Counted from the stretch's first letter, positions 9,081 through 19,260 are shown. The stretch: 64,000 nt of DNA from an uncultured Candidatus Bathyarchaeia archaeon (GCA_964655395.1 CAZZMT010000108.1:9427-73426); one strand, 5' to 3'. A program made the numbers and translations. The notes: a model not told the origin generated them from the letters alone.

Positions 9081-9685
9081 GGCTCTTCCTCTAGGATTTC
9101 TCTCAAAAACCTTTTAACCAGTCTTTTCGATAAGCCTGCTTCCACAAGTTTTTCCATTTCCGCCTCGAAGGGTTTGCCCTTCTCTTTGCATTTTTGAATA
9201 AGCTTTCTTATAGTTTCTTTCACCTCCCATGGGAAGACTATCCAACGGCTTGTTTCCTTTGCGTAATAGTCTGGCTTCACTATGCTCCAAGGTTTGAGGT
9301 AAACGGTTGCTATTCGAACATCACTGGCTCCTTCAGCCTTCAAATGCTCCTTTATGAGTTGGAGGCTTTTGCCAGTATCCGCCACCTCATCAACCACAAG
9401 CACCCTTTTACCAGCAACCTTCACTGAAACAGGTTGGGTGAGAACTGGTTCTCCCTTTGTTTCGGCTACTCCTACATAGAATTCAGCCCTGACATTTGCA
9501 AGGTTCGGGTTCTCTAGAAGGTCTGAAAGCACCCTTGCCGGAGACCACCCACCGCGGGAAACACCAACGATCACGTCGGGTTTGAAGTGGTCTCTGCGGA
9601 TTTTTTCAGCTACGTGCAGCAACATCCTATATATCTGGTTCCACGTGGGCACTTCGAATTCAATGTTCTGATTCAAGACGCCCAA
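9074..9685 (-). CDS. purine phosphoribosyltransferase (hypoxanthine/guanine/xanthine PRT-like)
   Basis: 203 aa with the PRPP-binding motif VLVVDEVADTGKSL and archaeal Hpt-like N-terminal helices. Confidence 0.85.
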   Translation of the reverse strand: MGVLNQNIEFEVPTWNQIYRMLLHVAEKIRRDHFKPDVIVGVSRGGWSPARVLSDLLENPNLANVRAEFYVGVAETKGEPVLTQPVSVKVAGKRVLVVDEVADTGKSLQLIKEHLKAEGASDVRIATVYLKPWSIVKPDYYAKETSRWIVFPWEVKETIRKLIQKCKEKGKPFEAEMEKLVEAGLSKRLVKRFLREILEEEPC

Positions 9686-9918
9686 TCCTCTGCAAGCAAC
9701 GTTTAAACTTTCTAGGCTTTTAGGCTTTTAGCGGTTAATAACTTTAATTAGATTCCGGCGGCGATTTAAACGGGGGAAACTTGAAGGCAAATAATTGAAA
9801 CGTGTCTGATGTAAGACCGTGCGGCGAATTCTAAATATGCTTGAGAAAAGGCTGGCAGATTTCCAATTTTTCTGCAGGAAAAGCTTTTAGAGCTGAATCT
9901 GCAGCGCTGAAGTGATTT

Positions 9919-9927
9919 AAAGAAAAA
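9919..9927 (-). terminator. oligo-T tract (TTTTTCTTT) downstream of the thermosome gene
   Basis: Minus-strand T5-C-T3 begins 10 nt after the thermosome stop codon. Archaeal RNAP terminates at oligo-T runs. Confidence 0.35.
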
Positions 9928-9936
9928 TTTGGGGGG

Positions 9937-11586
9937 TTAATCAAATTCTGACGAGAATTCTTCTTTAGGCTTTTCTTTCTCTTTCTCCTTTTCTTTTTCA
10001 ATGCCTTTCGCAGCAATGACGTCGTCGATCTTTAGTATCATGTTGGCTGCTTCGGTGGCGGATTTAATGACTTGAAGTTTGACACGCAACGGTTCCACAA
10101 CGTTCAGCTCTAGCATGTCTCTGATTTTGCCTGTGAAAACATCCACACCCATGCGGTAGCCGTCAGCTTTTTCATGGGCAGCCCTCAAAGCCACCATTAT
10201 ATCAACCGGGTCCAAGCCGGCGTTTTCAGCAAGTGTCAGCGGTATGGACTCGACGGCGTCGGCGAAAGCTTCTATAGCCAGTTGTTCGCGGCCGCCAACT
10301 TTAACGGCGTAGTCTCTGAGTTGTTTGGCTACTTCGGCTTCTGGAGCGCCGCCGCCCGGTACAATTTTTCCGTCCTCGATGGCATTTCTCACCACACATA
10401 GCGCGTCGTGCAATGAGCGTTCAGCTTCGTCAACCACGTGTTCTGTTCCGCCTCTTATCACTATTGTGACAGCTTTTGGATTCTTGCATTCGCGGACATA
10501 AACCAGCTTATCGTCGCCGATCTTAACCTCTTCCACAAGTTTAGCTTCGCCAAGCAAGTCTGGCGTTAGATCTTTGACGCTTGCCACTATTTTGCCGCCC
10601 GTTGCCCTTGCCAGCTTTTCCATGTCGCTGCTGCTCACGTTTTTAACCGCCAATATGCCTCTTTTCGCCAAGAAATGCAGCGCCACGTCGTCTATGCCTT
10701 TTTCGCAGAAAACCACGTTGGCGCCAGCCTCGGCGATCTTGTCCACCATTTCCTTGAGCATGCGTTCTTCTTCGTCTAGGAAGAGCTTCATTTGCTCAGG
10801 GCTTTCGATGTTGATTTTAGCGTCAAACTCCGTTTTTTCAATTTCCAGTTTAGCGTTGATTAGGGCTATTTTCGCGTTGTGCACAATCTTCGGCATTTGC
10901 GGGTGCGCAACTTCTTTGTCGATGACCATGCCTTTGACAAGCTCTGTTTCTTCTAGGCTTTTGCCGTGCTTCTTCAAAATCTTGATTAAATCAATGTCCG
11001 CCCTGATTTTTCCGTCTTTCTCTTCAGCCACCTGTTTAACAGCTTCCACTGCTAGTTTTGCAAAGTGCTCTCTCGCGGCGGCTATGCCCTTGCTTCCCAT
11101 CGCGGTCATAGCAACGTCCAAAAGCTCCTTATAGTCGTTAATGCTCACCGGTATGGCTATTTTCTCCAAAATTTCCCGGGCTTTCTCGCTAGCTTTTTTG
11201 AATCCTTCAATTATTATTGTTGGGTGAATGTTCTGATCTAACAGCTCCTCAGCTTTCGCCAACAGCTCTCCAGTCAAGACCGCGGCGGTTGTTGTTCCGT
11301 CGCCCACCTCATTGTCTTGGGCTTTGGCCACTTCCACAAGCATTTTCGCGGCAGGGTGCTGCACGTCAATTTCCTTTAGGATTGTGGCGCCGTCGTTGGT
11401 TATTGTGACGTCGCCGAAGCTGCTGACAAGCATTTTATCCATGCCTTTCGGTCCAAGAGTTGTTTTTACAAGTTCAGCGATTATCTTTGCCGCCATAATG
11501 TTGTTCCTTTGAGCCTCCCTGCCAGTTGTTCTTCCAGTTCCTTCCTTCAATATTAAAACTGGCACCGTTCCAGGTGCGGCTGCCAT
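9937..11586 (-). CDS. ths: thermosome subunit (group II chaperonin)
   Basis: 549 aa with [19 protein letters not shown] and [11 protein letters not shown] motifs. The C-terminal tail is a KE-repeat ([15 protein letters not shown]). Confidence 0.97.
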   Translation of the reverse strand: MAAAPGTVPVLILKEGTGRTTGREAQRNNIMAAKIIAELVKTTLGPKGMDKMLVSSFGDVTITNDGATILKEIDVQHPAAKMLVEVAKAQDNEVGDGTTTAAVLTGELLAKAEELLDQNIHPTIIIEGFKKASEKAREILEKIAIPVSINDYKELLDVAMTAMGSKGIAAAREHFAKLAVEAVKQVAEEKDGKIRADIDLIKILKKHGKSLEETELVKGMVIDKEVAHPQMPKIVHNAKIALINAKLEIEKTEFDAKINIESPEQMKLFLDEEERMLKEMVDKIAEAGANVVFCEKGIDDVALHFLAKRGILAVKNVSSSDMEKLARATGGKIVASVKDLTPDLLGEAKLVEEVKIGDDKLVYVRECKNPKAVTIVIRGGTEHVVDEAERSLHDALCVVRNAIEDGKIVPGGGAPEAEVAKQLRDYAVKVGGREQLAIEAFADAVESIPLTLAENAGLDPVDIMVALRAAHEKADGYRMGVDVFTGKIRDMLELNVVEPLRVKLQVIKSATEAANMILKIDDVIAAKGIEKEKEKEKEKPKEEFSSEFD

Positions 11587-11662
11587 TTCATTTTCACCCC
11601 TTTCATCCGGTGATTAATTTGGAAGCAAAAATCAACGAAAAATTGCTTCTATATAAACTTTT

Positions 11663-12727
11663 CTAGTCGCTTGCTTTGACAATTCTATAACCAGAAGCCT
11701 TTCTAAGCCTATTCATAACTGCCAAACCAAGCCCCTCGGTGGGCACGCCTTCTGCGATGATTATGTCGACGCCTTCAGAGTCAAATTCGCGGAGAAGCCT
11801 AAACAGGTTTTTTGCAATTTCCTCGAGGCGTTTGCGGCTTCCCATGGACTTAACAACATCTGCCTTATACGAGGTGATGGTTTCATCGGTGGCTAAAACA
11901 CCCACCTTCATTTTTCTCTGCTTGTAATGGTCGACCAGCTCGGCAATCTTCTTAACAACAGTCTCCAAATCGCCCTCAATAACAATCATCTTCGCTTTTG
12001 GCGCATAATGCCTATGCTTCATTCCGGGAGAACGCGCCCTATCCACATGCACTTTTTTGTCGGCAACAGCCACCGGGTGAAGCTCAACCCTTCCAAGAAC
12101 TTCTCTAAGCACCTCGTAGGGTGTTCCACCAGGGCGGAGAATCTGCGGCGGGGCAACAGTTAAATCCAAAACGGTGGATTCCACGCCTATGTTTGTTGGT
12201 CCAGCGTCTAAAACAACGTCAATACGACCATTAAGGTCTTCAAGCACATGGTTAGCTGTAGTTGGGCTTGGGCGGCCGGCAAGGTTTGCGCTTGGAGCAG
12301 CGATGGGACAACCGCTCTCCCTAATGAGGGCTAAAGCCACCTTGTGCCGCGGCATCCTAACCGCAACAGTGTCTAAACCCGAAACGGTCACGTCTGGAAC
12401 AATTTCTGAACGCTTAAAAATTAGGGTTAAGGGGCCAGGCCAAAACTTCTCCATAAGTTTCTCAGCTTTCGGCGGGACTTCCCTCGCAAGTCTATAAACA
12501 TCTTGAACATGTCCCACATGCACTATCGGTGGATTGTCCAGCGGCCTCTTTTTGGCCTTAAACAGAGCTTTTACTGCTTTTGGGTTGAGTGCGTCAGCTC
12601 CCAGTCCATAAACGGTTTCTGTTGGAAAAGCCACAAGACCCCCCTTTTTGATTGTGTCCGCTGCAATGCGTATAACCTCAATTTCGGGGTTTTCCGCGTC
12701 AACTTTTAACACTATAGTTTTCTTCAT
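11663..12727 (-). CDS. sua5: threonylcarbamoyl-AMP synthase Sua5/YwlC (YrdC domain plus Sua5 C-terminal domain)
   Basis: 354 aa. YrdC core (GGLVAFPTETVYGLGADA, KKRPLDNPPIVH, SANLAGRPSPT) plus a ~130-aa Sua5-type C-terminal domain. Confidence 0.93.
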   Translation of the reverse strand: MKKTIVLKVDAENPEIEVIRIAADTIKKGGLVAFPTETVYGLGADALNPKAVKALFKAKKRPLDNPPIVHVGHVQDVYRLAREVPPKAEKLMEKFWPGPLTLIFKRSEIVPDVTVSGLDTVAVRMPRHKVALALIRESGCPIAAPSANLAGRPSPTTANHVLEDLNGRIDVVLDAGPTNIGVESTVLDLTVAPPQILRPGGTPYEVLREVLGRVELHPVAVADKKVHVDRARSPGMKHRHYAPKAKMIVIEGDLETVVKKIAELVDHYKQRKMKVGVLATDETITSYKADVVKSMGSRKRLEEIAKNLFRLLREFDSEGVDIIIAEGVPTEGLGLAVMNRLRKASGYRIVKASD

Positions 12728-12783
12728 TGCGGCAAGCCTAGCTTTTTAGAACAGTTTGTGGAATTTAAGGCTTCAAGAAACTG

Positions 12784-13431
12784 TTAAACAATGTAGTAGT
12801 CTATGACCTTTTTCATGCTTTTCGGCGTGGTTTGCCTTACGGCAAGCTGTTTCAGTATTTTTATCATTTGAGGTTGGAAGCGAGCTATATCTGTTAAGCT
12901 TACGAGTCCTACAAGACGTTTGCCCTCAACGACTGGCAGCTTTTTAATCTTCATTTGGAACATTAGTTTCACAGCCTCTTCTAGGTCAAGGTTTGGTTCC
13001 ACAACCACCAGCGGGCTTGACATGACATCCTTAACCCTTGTTTTATTTACGTCCTTTGCTTCAGCTACAACTCTCTTTAGCAGGTCTCTTTCAGTGATTA
13101 TTCCAACAGCCTTGCCTTTTCTGACGGCAATCAAGCATCCAATTTCAAACTTGTTCATGATTTCTGCGGCTTCCTTCACTGTTGCATTTTCGTCGATGGT
13201 TATGACTTCTCGAACCATGACGTCTTCAACCTTCAAAGTGAGTTTGCTTTCGCCATGCTCCTCGCATTCTTCTTCATTGTTGTTTTCAGCTGGCAACAGG
13301 ACCCCATCTTTTGTGTTTTGGCGCTCCGATATATAACTTGATGTGCAAAAATGTTTAGACACTGGAAAAGGCGCGAATTTTCCGCATAAGCTCTTCAACA
13401 CGTTTAGTCGCCGGAATTTTCGCCTTTTCAA
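12784..13431 (-). CDS. CBS domain pair protein
   Basis: Two CBS repeats (VEDVMVREVITIDE..., VKDVMSSPLVVVEP...). The track start at 13431 overlaps the UbiD 3' end by 77 nt. The real start is probably internal (TTG about 13296 or ATG 13218). Confidence 0.75.
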   Translation of the reverse strand: MKRRKFRRLNVLKSLCGKFAPFPVSKHFCTSSYISERQNTKDGVLLPAENNNEEECEEHGESKLTLKVEDVMVREVITIDENATVKEAAEIMNKFEIGCLIAVRKGKAVGIITERDLLKRVVAEAKDVNKTRVKDVMSSPLVVVEPNLDLEEAVKLMFQMKIKKLPVVEGKRLVGLVSLTDIARFQPQMIKILKQLAVRQTTPKSMKKVIDYYIV

Positions 13432-14707
13432 ATTTCTCCTTAGGCTTCGATAATGGTTTGGTTGCGTCTATGCCCATTTTGCTTGTCAACCCGGTTTCTT
13501 GGTCGGCTGAAGAGTCCAGAGTGGAGCCTCTAACGTTTTCAATCACCAGCAAGTCTTCGCTGGCTTGAAACCTTGTCGCTATAGCCCACTCCACTTCCGT
13601 CAAATCATAAACGTTGATGTCCGAGTCCACGACCACAGCGTGTTTTAAGCTTGGATGTGCGGCAAAAGCTGCCAACAACGCGTTTTTCGCGTCTCCATCC
13701 AGCTGTTTTTCGATGGATATAATGGCGTGAAGCCATCCGCATCCGCCTATTGAAAGGTTAACTGCGTAAACCTTTGGCACAACTTTTGAGACAGCCTCGT
13801 AAATCGCCGTTTCGAAGGGAAGCCCCATCAAAAGTTTATGTTCAGTTCCAGACGGCAAAAGCGCTTGGTAAATGTAGTCTTCACGGTGCATAACATTAAC
13901 AATTTCAACCATCGGCTGTCTTCTCTGAATGTCATAGGTTCCAGTTATGTCAACAAGCGGGCCTTCGGGCCCCTCTTTACTTGCAGAAATTCTACCCTCC
14001 AAGACTAGCTCAGCGTCTGCCGGAGCACACGCATCCACATACTTGCATTTGATCAAGCGTAGCTGGTCATTTAACAGCGCATTCGCCACATCGAACTCGC
14101 ATACCCCGAAAGGCGGAGAAGAGGCTGCTGCAAGCATCACTGCCGGATGGACACCTATGGCGATGGCGACGTCCAAGTCTGTTTCAGCTTCTTTAGCCAT
14201 TTTCCAAAGCCTGTAAAGGTGGCGTGGAACCAGCCTAATCGCCAAGTGCCGCTCGTCTAAAACCTGCAGTCTATGAATGGAAACATTTTCGACAGCTCCA
14301 TCCAAGCTTTTAGCATGGACAACTGCCGCCGTTATGTAAGGGCCAGCGTCTCGTTCAAAATGGGTTAAAACTGGGATTTTAAGCAAGTCTGGTTCTTCCA
14401 TAACCTCCTTAACGGGTCCATCGTCCACGATTTTGGGTTTTCGGGGTGAACGCAAAGCCTCCAGAAGCCTATTGTAAAGTTGTTCCTGGCTTGTGTTGAG
14501 GGCCTCGCATATGCGTTTTCTGGTTCCGCAGACGTTTGCCACTATCCGTGTTTCAGTGTCCTCCACGTTTTCGAACAAAAGCACTGGACCGTTTTCGTCG
14601 AAGCTTTTCATGATATATGCGATTTCAAAGTTTGTGGAAACAGCGTCTTTAACGTGGAGCACCTCTCTTTTCTCTTCCATTTGCTCCAAAAAACTTCTTA
14701 GACTCAT
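13355..14707 (-). CDS. UbiD-family (prFMN-dependent) decarboxylase
   Basis: 450 aa with a UbiD-like N-terminus (SLRSFLEQMEEKREVLHVKDAVS) and a conserved core. No UbiX-like flavin prenyltransferase is present in the window. Confidence 0.9.
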   Translation of the reverse strand: MSLRSFLEQMEEKREVLHVKDAVSTNFEIAYIMKSFDENGPVLLFENVEDTETRIVANVCGTRKRICEALNTSQEQLYNRLLEALRSPRKPKIVDDGPVKEVMEEPDLLKIPVLTHFERDAGPYITAAVVHAKSLDGAVENVSIHRLQVLDERHLAIRLVPRHLYRLWKMAKEAETDLDVAIAIGVHPAVMLAAASSPPFGVCEFDVANALLNDQLRLIKCKYVDACAPADAELVLEGRISASKEGPEGPLVDITGTYDIQRRQPMVEIVNVMHREDYIYQALLPSGTEHKLLMGLPFETAIYEAVSKVVPKVYAVNLSIGGCGWLHAIISIEKQLDGDAKNALLAAFAAHPSLKHAVVVDSDINVYDLTEVEWAIATRFQASEDLLVIENVRGSTLDSSADQETGLTSKMGIDATKPLSKPKEKFEKAKIPATKRVEELMRKIRAFSSV

Positions 14708-15120
14708 AGAAGGCTCCCTCCGGTTTCTGGCTCTGTTGCCGACGGTGCGACTCTCTCCAAGAGCCTCTTAAATATGGACTGCGCTTGCAACTCGTTAACG
14801 GTTTCAAGGTAGATGGAGACCAACGCTATTTTCCTCTTTTTTGAAGCCAAATACTCGGCGAACATGCGGGCTGAAATTATGTTTCTATCACCCAAAAGAA
14901 CGGTTGAAGACGGCAGCCCCGGCGTATCAGCGGGCTTCGGGATAGCCACGGCTAAGGTTCCAAGCCTATCTTCGTTTTCGCTTAAAAGCACAAGGCAAGC
15001 GTTTTTTGTTTCAAGGTAAACGGCTAAAAAACGCATGTTCTGTTCAATTATTTCGTCTTTAACAACCTTGGCTCGCTCCATGGAAGGGTTCTCCCGTTTC
15101 GTATTTATAGCTTGACACAT
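14704..15120 (-). CDS. hypothetical protein, translationally coupled to the UbiD gene
   Basis: 138-aa ORF whose stop overlaps the UbiD ATG (ATGA, 14704-14707). An alternative start exists at 15081 (MERAKV). There is a weak resemblance to the PAC4-type proteasome-assembly-chaperone fold pattern, which I could not verify. Confidence 0.45.
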   Translation of the reverse strand: MCQAINTKRENPSMERAKVVKDEIIEQNMRFLAVYLETKNACLVLLSENEDRLGTLAVAIPKPADTPGLPSSTVLLGDRNIISARMFAEYLASKKRKIALVSIYLETVNELQAQSIFKRLLERVAPSATEPETGGSLL

Positions 15121-15155
15121 TTACTATTTATCACTTTCAAAAAGGAGCTGCCGCA

Positions 15156-15821
15156 ATGGCGGCAAGCGAAGACAAAAACCGAGCCCAAAAAATCCTGCAA
15201 AGGCTTAGGGAAACCTTCACCATGCCGAAATGGATCTCGTCGAAACAAGACCCTTTTGAAACCCTAATCATAACTATAATTTCGCAGAACACTTCAGACA
15301 GAAACACTGAAAAAGCCTTCCAAAACCTTTCTCAAAAGTTTCCAATAACCCCAGAAGCGTTAGCCAAAGCGGAAACCTCTAAAATTGAGGAATGCCTCAA
15401 AGTGGCTGGCTTATACCGAAACAAGGCCAAGGTGATAAAGGAGGTTTCAAAGATAATTCTTGAAAAATTCAATGGAAGCCTAAAGCCTATACTGGCTATG
15501 CCCTTTGAAAAAGCAAGGAAAACGCTGCTGCAGTTGCCCGGTGTAGGGCCAAAAACCGCTGATGTGCTTCTGCTTTTCTCGGCAAATCAGCCAACTTTGC
15601 CCGTTGATACCCATGTCAAAAGGGTTTCTAAAAGGCTTGGACTTGCACCCGCGGACGGCGACTATGAAGATGTTCGATGTTCTCTCCAACTTTTATATGA
15701 GCCAAAAGACTATCTAGCTGTTCACATACTGCTAATCTTGCTTGGAAGAAAATACTGTAAGGCTGCGAAACCCGTGTGCAACCAGTGTCCAGTGAACGCC
15801 TTTTGTCCATCAAAAACCTAG
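15156..15821 (+). CDS. nth: endonuclease III (HhH-GPD DNA glycosylase with 4Fe-4S cluster)
   Basis: 221 aa with the HhH motif LLQLPGVGPKTADVLL, catalytic region PVDTHV, and C-terminal cluster CKAAKPVCNQCPVNAFC. Confidence 0.92.
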   Translation: MAASEDKNRAQKILQRLRETFTMPKWISSKQDPFETLIITIISQNTSDRNTEKAFQNLSQKFPITPEALAKAETSKIEECLKVAGLYRNKAKVIKEVSKIILEKFNGSLKPILAMPFEKARKTLLQLPGVGPKTADVLLLFSANQPTLPVDTHVKRVSKRLGLAPADGDYEDVRCSLQLLYEPKDYLAVHILLILLGRKYCKAAKPVCNQCPVNAFCPSKT

Positions 15822-17128
15822 ATTTGCTTCGGCGAGGTTTTAGTTTCTTCTTCTTGCAAAACGGGAGCTTCTCGTAGATTCTTGTCCAGCCTAACTTTTC
15901 CAATGGCAACTGTGGAGACGCCGCTGGAGACCGGTGTGAAAATTTTCAGGACTTTTCTGATGTAGTCTATTTCTCGCAACACGCCTATCCCCAGAAACTT
16001 TCCTTCCCCATTGTATAGAGCTGTTAACAGTCCCTCTTCATCTCCCTTCCACGAAACCACAACCTTTTTGCCAAGCTCCTCTTCTGTTTTCCTTAGGTTT
16101 TCCGGGTCTATCCATCTGCCTTTACCAACAACAATGTAGATTTTATCTTTTAACTCTGCAACGTGGAGGGGCTTCATTCCTAGAAGACTGCAAACTTGTC
16201 TTTCTCTTCCAGCTACTCCAAATGGAATGTTCAAGCTTTTAAACTCGCCGTCGCTTTCAATTTTAACCCAGCTTATTGGAATGGACTGCACTTTAGCATT
16301 CTTCAAGTATTTTATGTAACCCAACTCTCTTAGGCTTCTGCGTTTTTCTCTGTTCCGCTGTCTTATAGTCTGCGGAGACTCAATCATAACCTTTTTGAAA
16401 TCCTTAATCGCTGCAAATAAAGGAGTCAAGGTTTCATTCTGTTGAATGCAGAAGACTATGTCTGGGTTTATCTTCTCAATTACTTGAAGCTTATAGTTTA
16501 TAGCGTCGTCGCCTTCAACCCATCCGTCCGTGTTCACAACAACATGGTCTGGATTTTGCTTCAAAATTTCATCCTTAAGTGAAGTGAATCCCAGAATAAC
16601 TTTCTCTAGGGCTCTGCTCGGCGACGTAACGCCCACAAAGTAGGCGTTTACCGCTTCAAGGTTGAACAAGTCTGTTACGGGCTTTGAAACCACCGCATAA
16701 GCCACAGTGCAAGGCGGCCCTATATCAGATTGGCCTAAGTCCCCGTCTAGAATGGCAACCTTCCATCCGTTTTTAACCAGCTTGTTTGCGAGGTATGTGC
16801 AGAAACTTGTTTTTCCAGAATCCACATTTCCAAGAACCAGTGCGGTGGAAGGCCTTTTTTCAAGGGCTGCCAGCTCTTTGTAGGCGTTCTCCCAAGAGGG
16901 CGGTATCGTGTCTCCTTCAACCTCTTCGACGTTGGCGTTTTCTCCAAGCGAAATTTCAAAAGTTGCTTTTTCTCTGACAGAGAAGGGCATCCGCTTTCCA
17001 TCTCTTATAACAACTTTACCCGTCTGCGTCATAGAATAGCCGAAAACTTCAACCACGCCAGAAACAAGCGTAACCGATGCTGGCCCGTCAACCAACAAGG
17101 TTTTTCCAACGTCCACGGTTACTTTCAT
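15818..17128 (-). CDS. clp1: Clp1/Grc3-family polynucleotide 5'-hydroxyl kinase
   Basis: 436 aa with P-loop GNVDSGKTSF and the archaeal Clp1 organisation (N-terminal beta domain, kinase core, C-terminal domain). Confidence 0.8.
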   Translation of the reverse strand: MKVTVDVGKTLLVDGPASVTLVSGVVEVFGYSMTQTGKVVIRDGKRMPFSVREKATFEISLGENANVEEVEGDTIPPSWENAYKELAALEKRPSTALVLGNVDSGKTSFCTYLANKLVKNGWKVAILDGDLGQSDIGPPCTVAYAVVSKPVTDLFNLEAVNAYFVGVTSPSRALEKVILGFTSLKDEILKQNPDHVVVNTDGWVEGDDAINYKLQVIEKINPDIVFCIQQNETLTPLFAAIKDFKKVMIESPQTIRQRNREKRRSLRELGYIKYLKNAKVQSIPISWVKIESDGEFKSLNIPFGVAGRERQVCSLLGMKPLHVAELKDKIYIVVGKGRWIDPENLRKTEEELGKKVVVSWKGDEEGLLTALYNGEGKFLGIGVLREIDYIRKVLKIFTPVSSGVSTVAIGKVRLDKNLREAPVLQEEETKTSPKQI

Positions 17129-17766
17129 TCCGCCCTCCTCCTAACAAATTTTTGCCCGTTCCTTCTCGCAATTTTAATCGCGGAGACTATGTCCCTTATT
17201 CCCCTTCTATGCTTTGCCTCGCTTATGTAGCGGTCTGTACCGGCCTCGCTGACGCTTTCCAACTCCACGTTTGGAGGAAGCCGCCTATCCAAAGCCCTCA
17301 AAAGCCTCTCTTTGTACTCGGGTACACCGTCTCCAACTCTGACGATGATTGTTGAAGCCTTGACGTCCTTAAGGCCTTCTATGATGTTTCCTATCTCATC
17401 AATTGTTTCTTTTATGCTGAAAGAGTTTCCGGTTTTAATAATCTTTCCGTCCGCCAAAACAGCGATTCCCAAAACTTCGCCTGGATCAACACCTATCACT
17501 ATTTTCTCGTAGAAGTTTTTTCCTTCCAAATGTTGGATGGCTTGGTTGATGAGGGCTTGCGGATCCTCACCCTCTTTTAGTGTCAAAACGTTTTCATGGT
17601 TTATTAATGGCCGTTCCCTCTCTGTAGTTAAGACCACTTTTATCTCCATTGGCACAGGCTCGTAAGGTGTTATGCTTATGAATGGTACGTTTCTCTTTTT
17701 CAACTCATCAACTATTAGGTAGTAGGCTTTTCCCGAGACTGTCGCCACTGCTATTTTTGCCTTCAT
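17125..17766 (-). CDS. RNase H-fold (RuvC/YqgF-like) predicted nuclease
   Basis: Start taken at ATG 17766 (MKAKIAVATV). The C-terminal half carries IVIGVDPGEVLGIAVL, then VGDG and SEAGTD, typical of RNase H-fold nucleases (archaeal 'predicted nuclease, RNase H fold' group). Its stop overlaps the clp1 start (ATGA). Confidence 0.55.
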   Translation of the reverse strand: MKAKIAVATVSGKAYYLIVDELKKRNVPFISITPYEPVPMEIKVVLTTERERPLINHENVLTLKEGEDPQALINQAIQHLEGKNFYEKIVIGVDPGEVLGIAVLADGKIIKTGNSFSIKETIDEIGNIIEGLKDVKASTIIVRVGDGVPEYKERLLRALDRRLPPNVELESVSEAGTDRYISEAKHRRGIRDIVSAIKIARRNGQKFVRRRAE

Positions 17767-17834
17767 GCACCATCCAATCAAACGAAACCATTTACCTACA
17801 ACACAAATATTATTTCCGCCGTTTATATTTGTTG

Positions 17835-18542
17835 ATGTGCATGAAATTGCTACAGAAGATTCCAACAGGCTGTAGAAAGCTCGACGAAATTTTAGAGGGC
17901 GGCTTCCCCCTCGGCAGCATAAGCCTCATCTATGGGGAGGCGGAAACCGCCAAGACGACGCTCGCCATTCAGTGTGCCGTAAACTGTGCAAGGAAAGGCG
18001 CAAAAGTTTTGTTTGTAGACTGCGACGGCACTTTTTCCCCACGAAGGCTTTCTCAAATAGCCTCTAAAGACATTGAAAAGGTTGCTGAAAACATAATTCT
18101 CGCGAGACCTAAGGACTTCAAGGAACAGTCAACCCTCATAGATCAACTGGCAAACTATTTGGCGAAGGACTTCAGTCTCGCTGTTTTCGACACCATCACA
18201 CACCTTTACCGCTTGGAGGTTGCTGAAAAACCTGAAAAAACTTTTGAGCTTAACCGCGAACTGAACAGGCAGATGGCGTGGCTGGCGCAGATTGCAAAAA
18301 CTCATAGGGTGGCTGTGCTGGTGGTTAGCCAAGTGCGAAGCGTTTTTGATAATGTTCAAGTGGCTGTTGAGCCAGTAGCCACAAGGGTGTTAAAGTTTTG
18401 GGCGGACGTTATAATCGCGTTGAAGCCGACGGAAAACCCAAAGGTCGTGGAGGCTATTGTAGATAAAATGGGAGCAAAACAACAGCAAACTTCATGTCTA
18501 ATGTGGATAGGCTTAACGGGACTAAGCGAACACACCCTCTGA
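17835..18542 (+). CDS. radB: RadB-type RecA-family ATPase
   Basis: IPTGCRKLDEILEGGFPLGSISLIYGEAETAKTT...VLFVDCDGTFSPRRLSQIA matches the RadB pattern. Walker A is atypical (GEAETAKT, Ala in place of the second Gly). Start at ATG 17835/17841 rather than the track start 17682. Confidence 0.8.
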   Translation: MCMKLLQKIPTGCRKLDEILEGGFPLGSISLIYGEAETAKTTLAIQCAVNCARKGAKVLFVDCDGTFSPRRLSQIASKDIEKVAENIILARPKDFKEQSTLIDQLANYLAKDFSLAVFDTITHLYRLEVAEKPEKTFELNRELNRQMAWLAQIAKTHRVAVLVVSQVRSVFDNVQVAVEPVATRVLKFWADVIIALKPTENPKVVEAIVDKMGAKQQQTSCLMWIGLTGLSEHTL

Positions 18543-18551
18543 GGTGTAAGA

Positions 18552-19049
18552 ATGGGTGCACTTGCAGATTTAGTGCTCGACGCGTTAAAACTCATTTTTC
18601 CCGCCTACTGTGCAAACGCTGCACCAGTGCTTTTCGGCGGTGGACTACCATTAGATTTTGGAAAGAACTTCTATGACGGAAGGCCTATATTCGGTAAAAA
18701 CAAAACTTTTAAGGGCTTCTTTTCCGGGCTTGTCGTGGGAACAATCGTTGGGGTTGTGGAATCCCTATTTTTCGAGTACCCCCCATACTTTGGTTTTCTT
18801 CTTTCACTGGGCGCTTTAATCGGAGATTTAGCTGGGGCCTTTTTGAAAAGGCGTATGGGGATTCCCCCAGGGGGAATTTTGCCCATTGTCGACCAAATAG
18901 ACTTTGTAATTGGCGCCTTGTTTTTCTCCATTCCTTTAAACATGCTTTTTCCAGAACTAGTTATAGCCATCTTTGTAATTACTCCGCCGCTGCATTTGTT
19001 GACGAATTTTGCCGCCTATAAGATGGGCTTAAAAAATACCCCATGGTAG
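18552..19049 (+). CDS. carS: CDP-archaeol synthase
   Basis: 165-aa membrane protein. Motifs FPAYCANAAPVL, GKNKTFKGFFSG, IGDLAGAFLKRR and VDQIDFV are characteristic of CarS (DUF46). Confidence 0.88.
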   Translation: MGALADLVLDALKLIFPAYCANAAPVLFGGGLPLDFGKNFYDGRPIFGKNKTFKGFFSGLVVGTIVGVVESLFFEYPPYFGFLLSLGALIGDLAGAFLKRRMGIPPGGILPIVDQIDFVIGALFFSIPLNMLFPELVIAIFVITPPLHLLTNFAAYKMGLKNTPW

Positions 19050-19260
19050 TTTAAACTGTTAGCCCAAACCTAACCATCACATCATGCCATTGGACAGACA
19101 TACGTAGAAAGCCTTATTAGAATGATTCCAATAATATAATTCGAGCTTCATCAACTTGTGAAGCAGCTTTAACCGTCGCTGTCTTTACTTTTTGGTGGGG
19201 TTTAGCTCCTGATGTTTGGGGCATATGAAATAGCATAAGGATAGGGGAGGTGAGTTGGAG

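Noticed and set aside
9831-10016. 61-aa ORF with a KKKRRKRKK stretch overlapping the thermosome 3' end
   Set aside because: It is a frame-shifted reading of the same-strand KEKEKE-encoding repeat at the 3' end of the thermosome gene. It is spurious.
10574-11134. 186-aa plus-strand ORF antisense to the thermosome gene. Similar long antisense ORFs lie at 5216..5629, 12920..13336, 32744..33202, 35645..36133, 37491..37859, 48699..49064 and 50781..51149.
   Set aside because: All lie fully inside strongly conserved genes on the opposite strand. They have Ser/Leu/Ala/Pro-rich low-complexity composition, no SD and no recognisable motifs.
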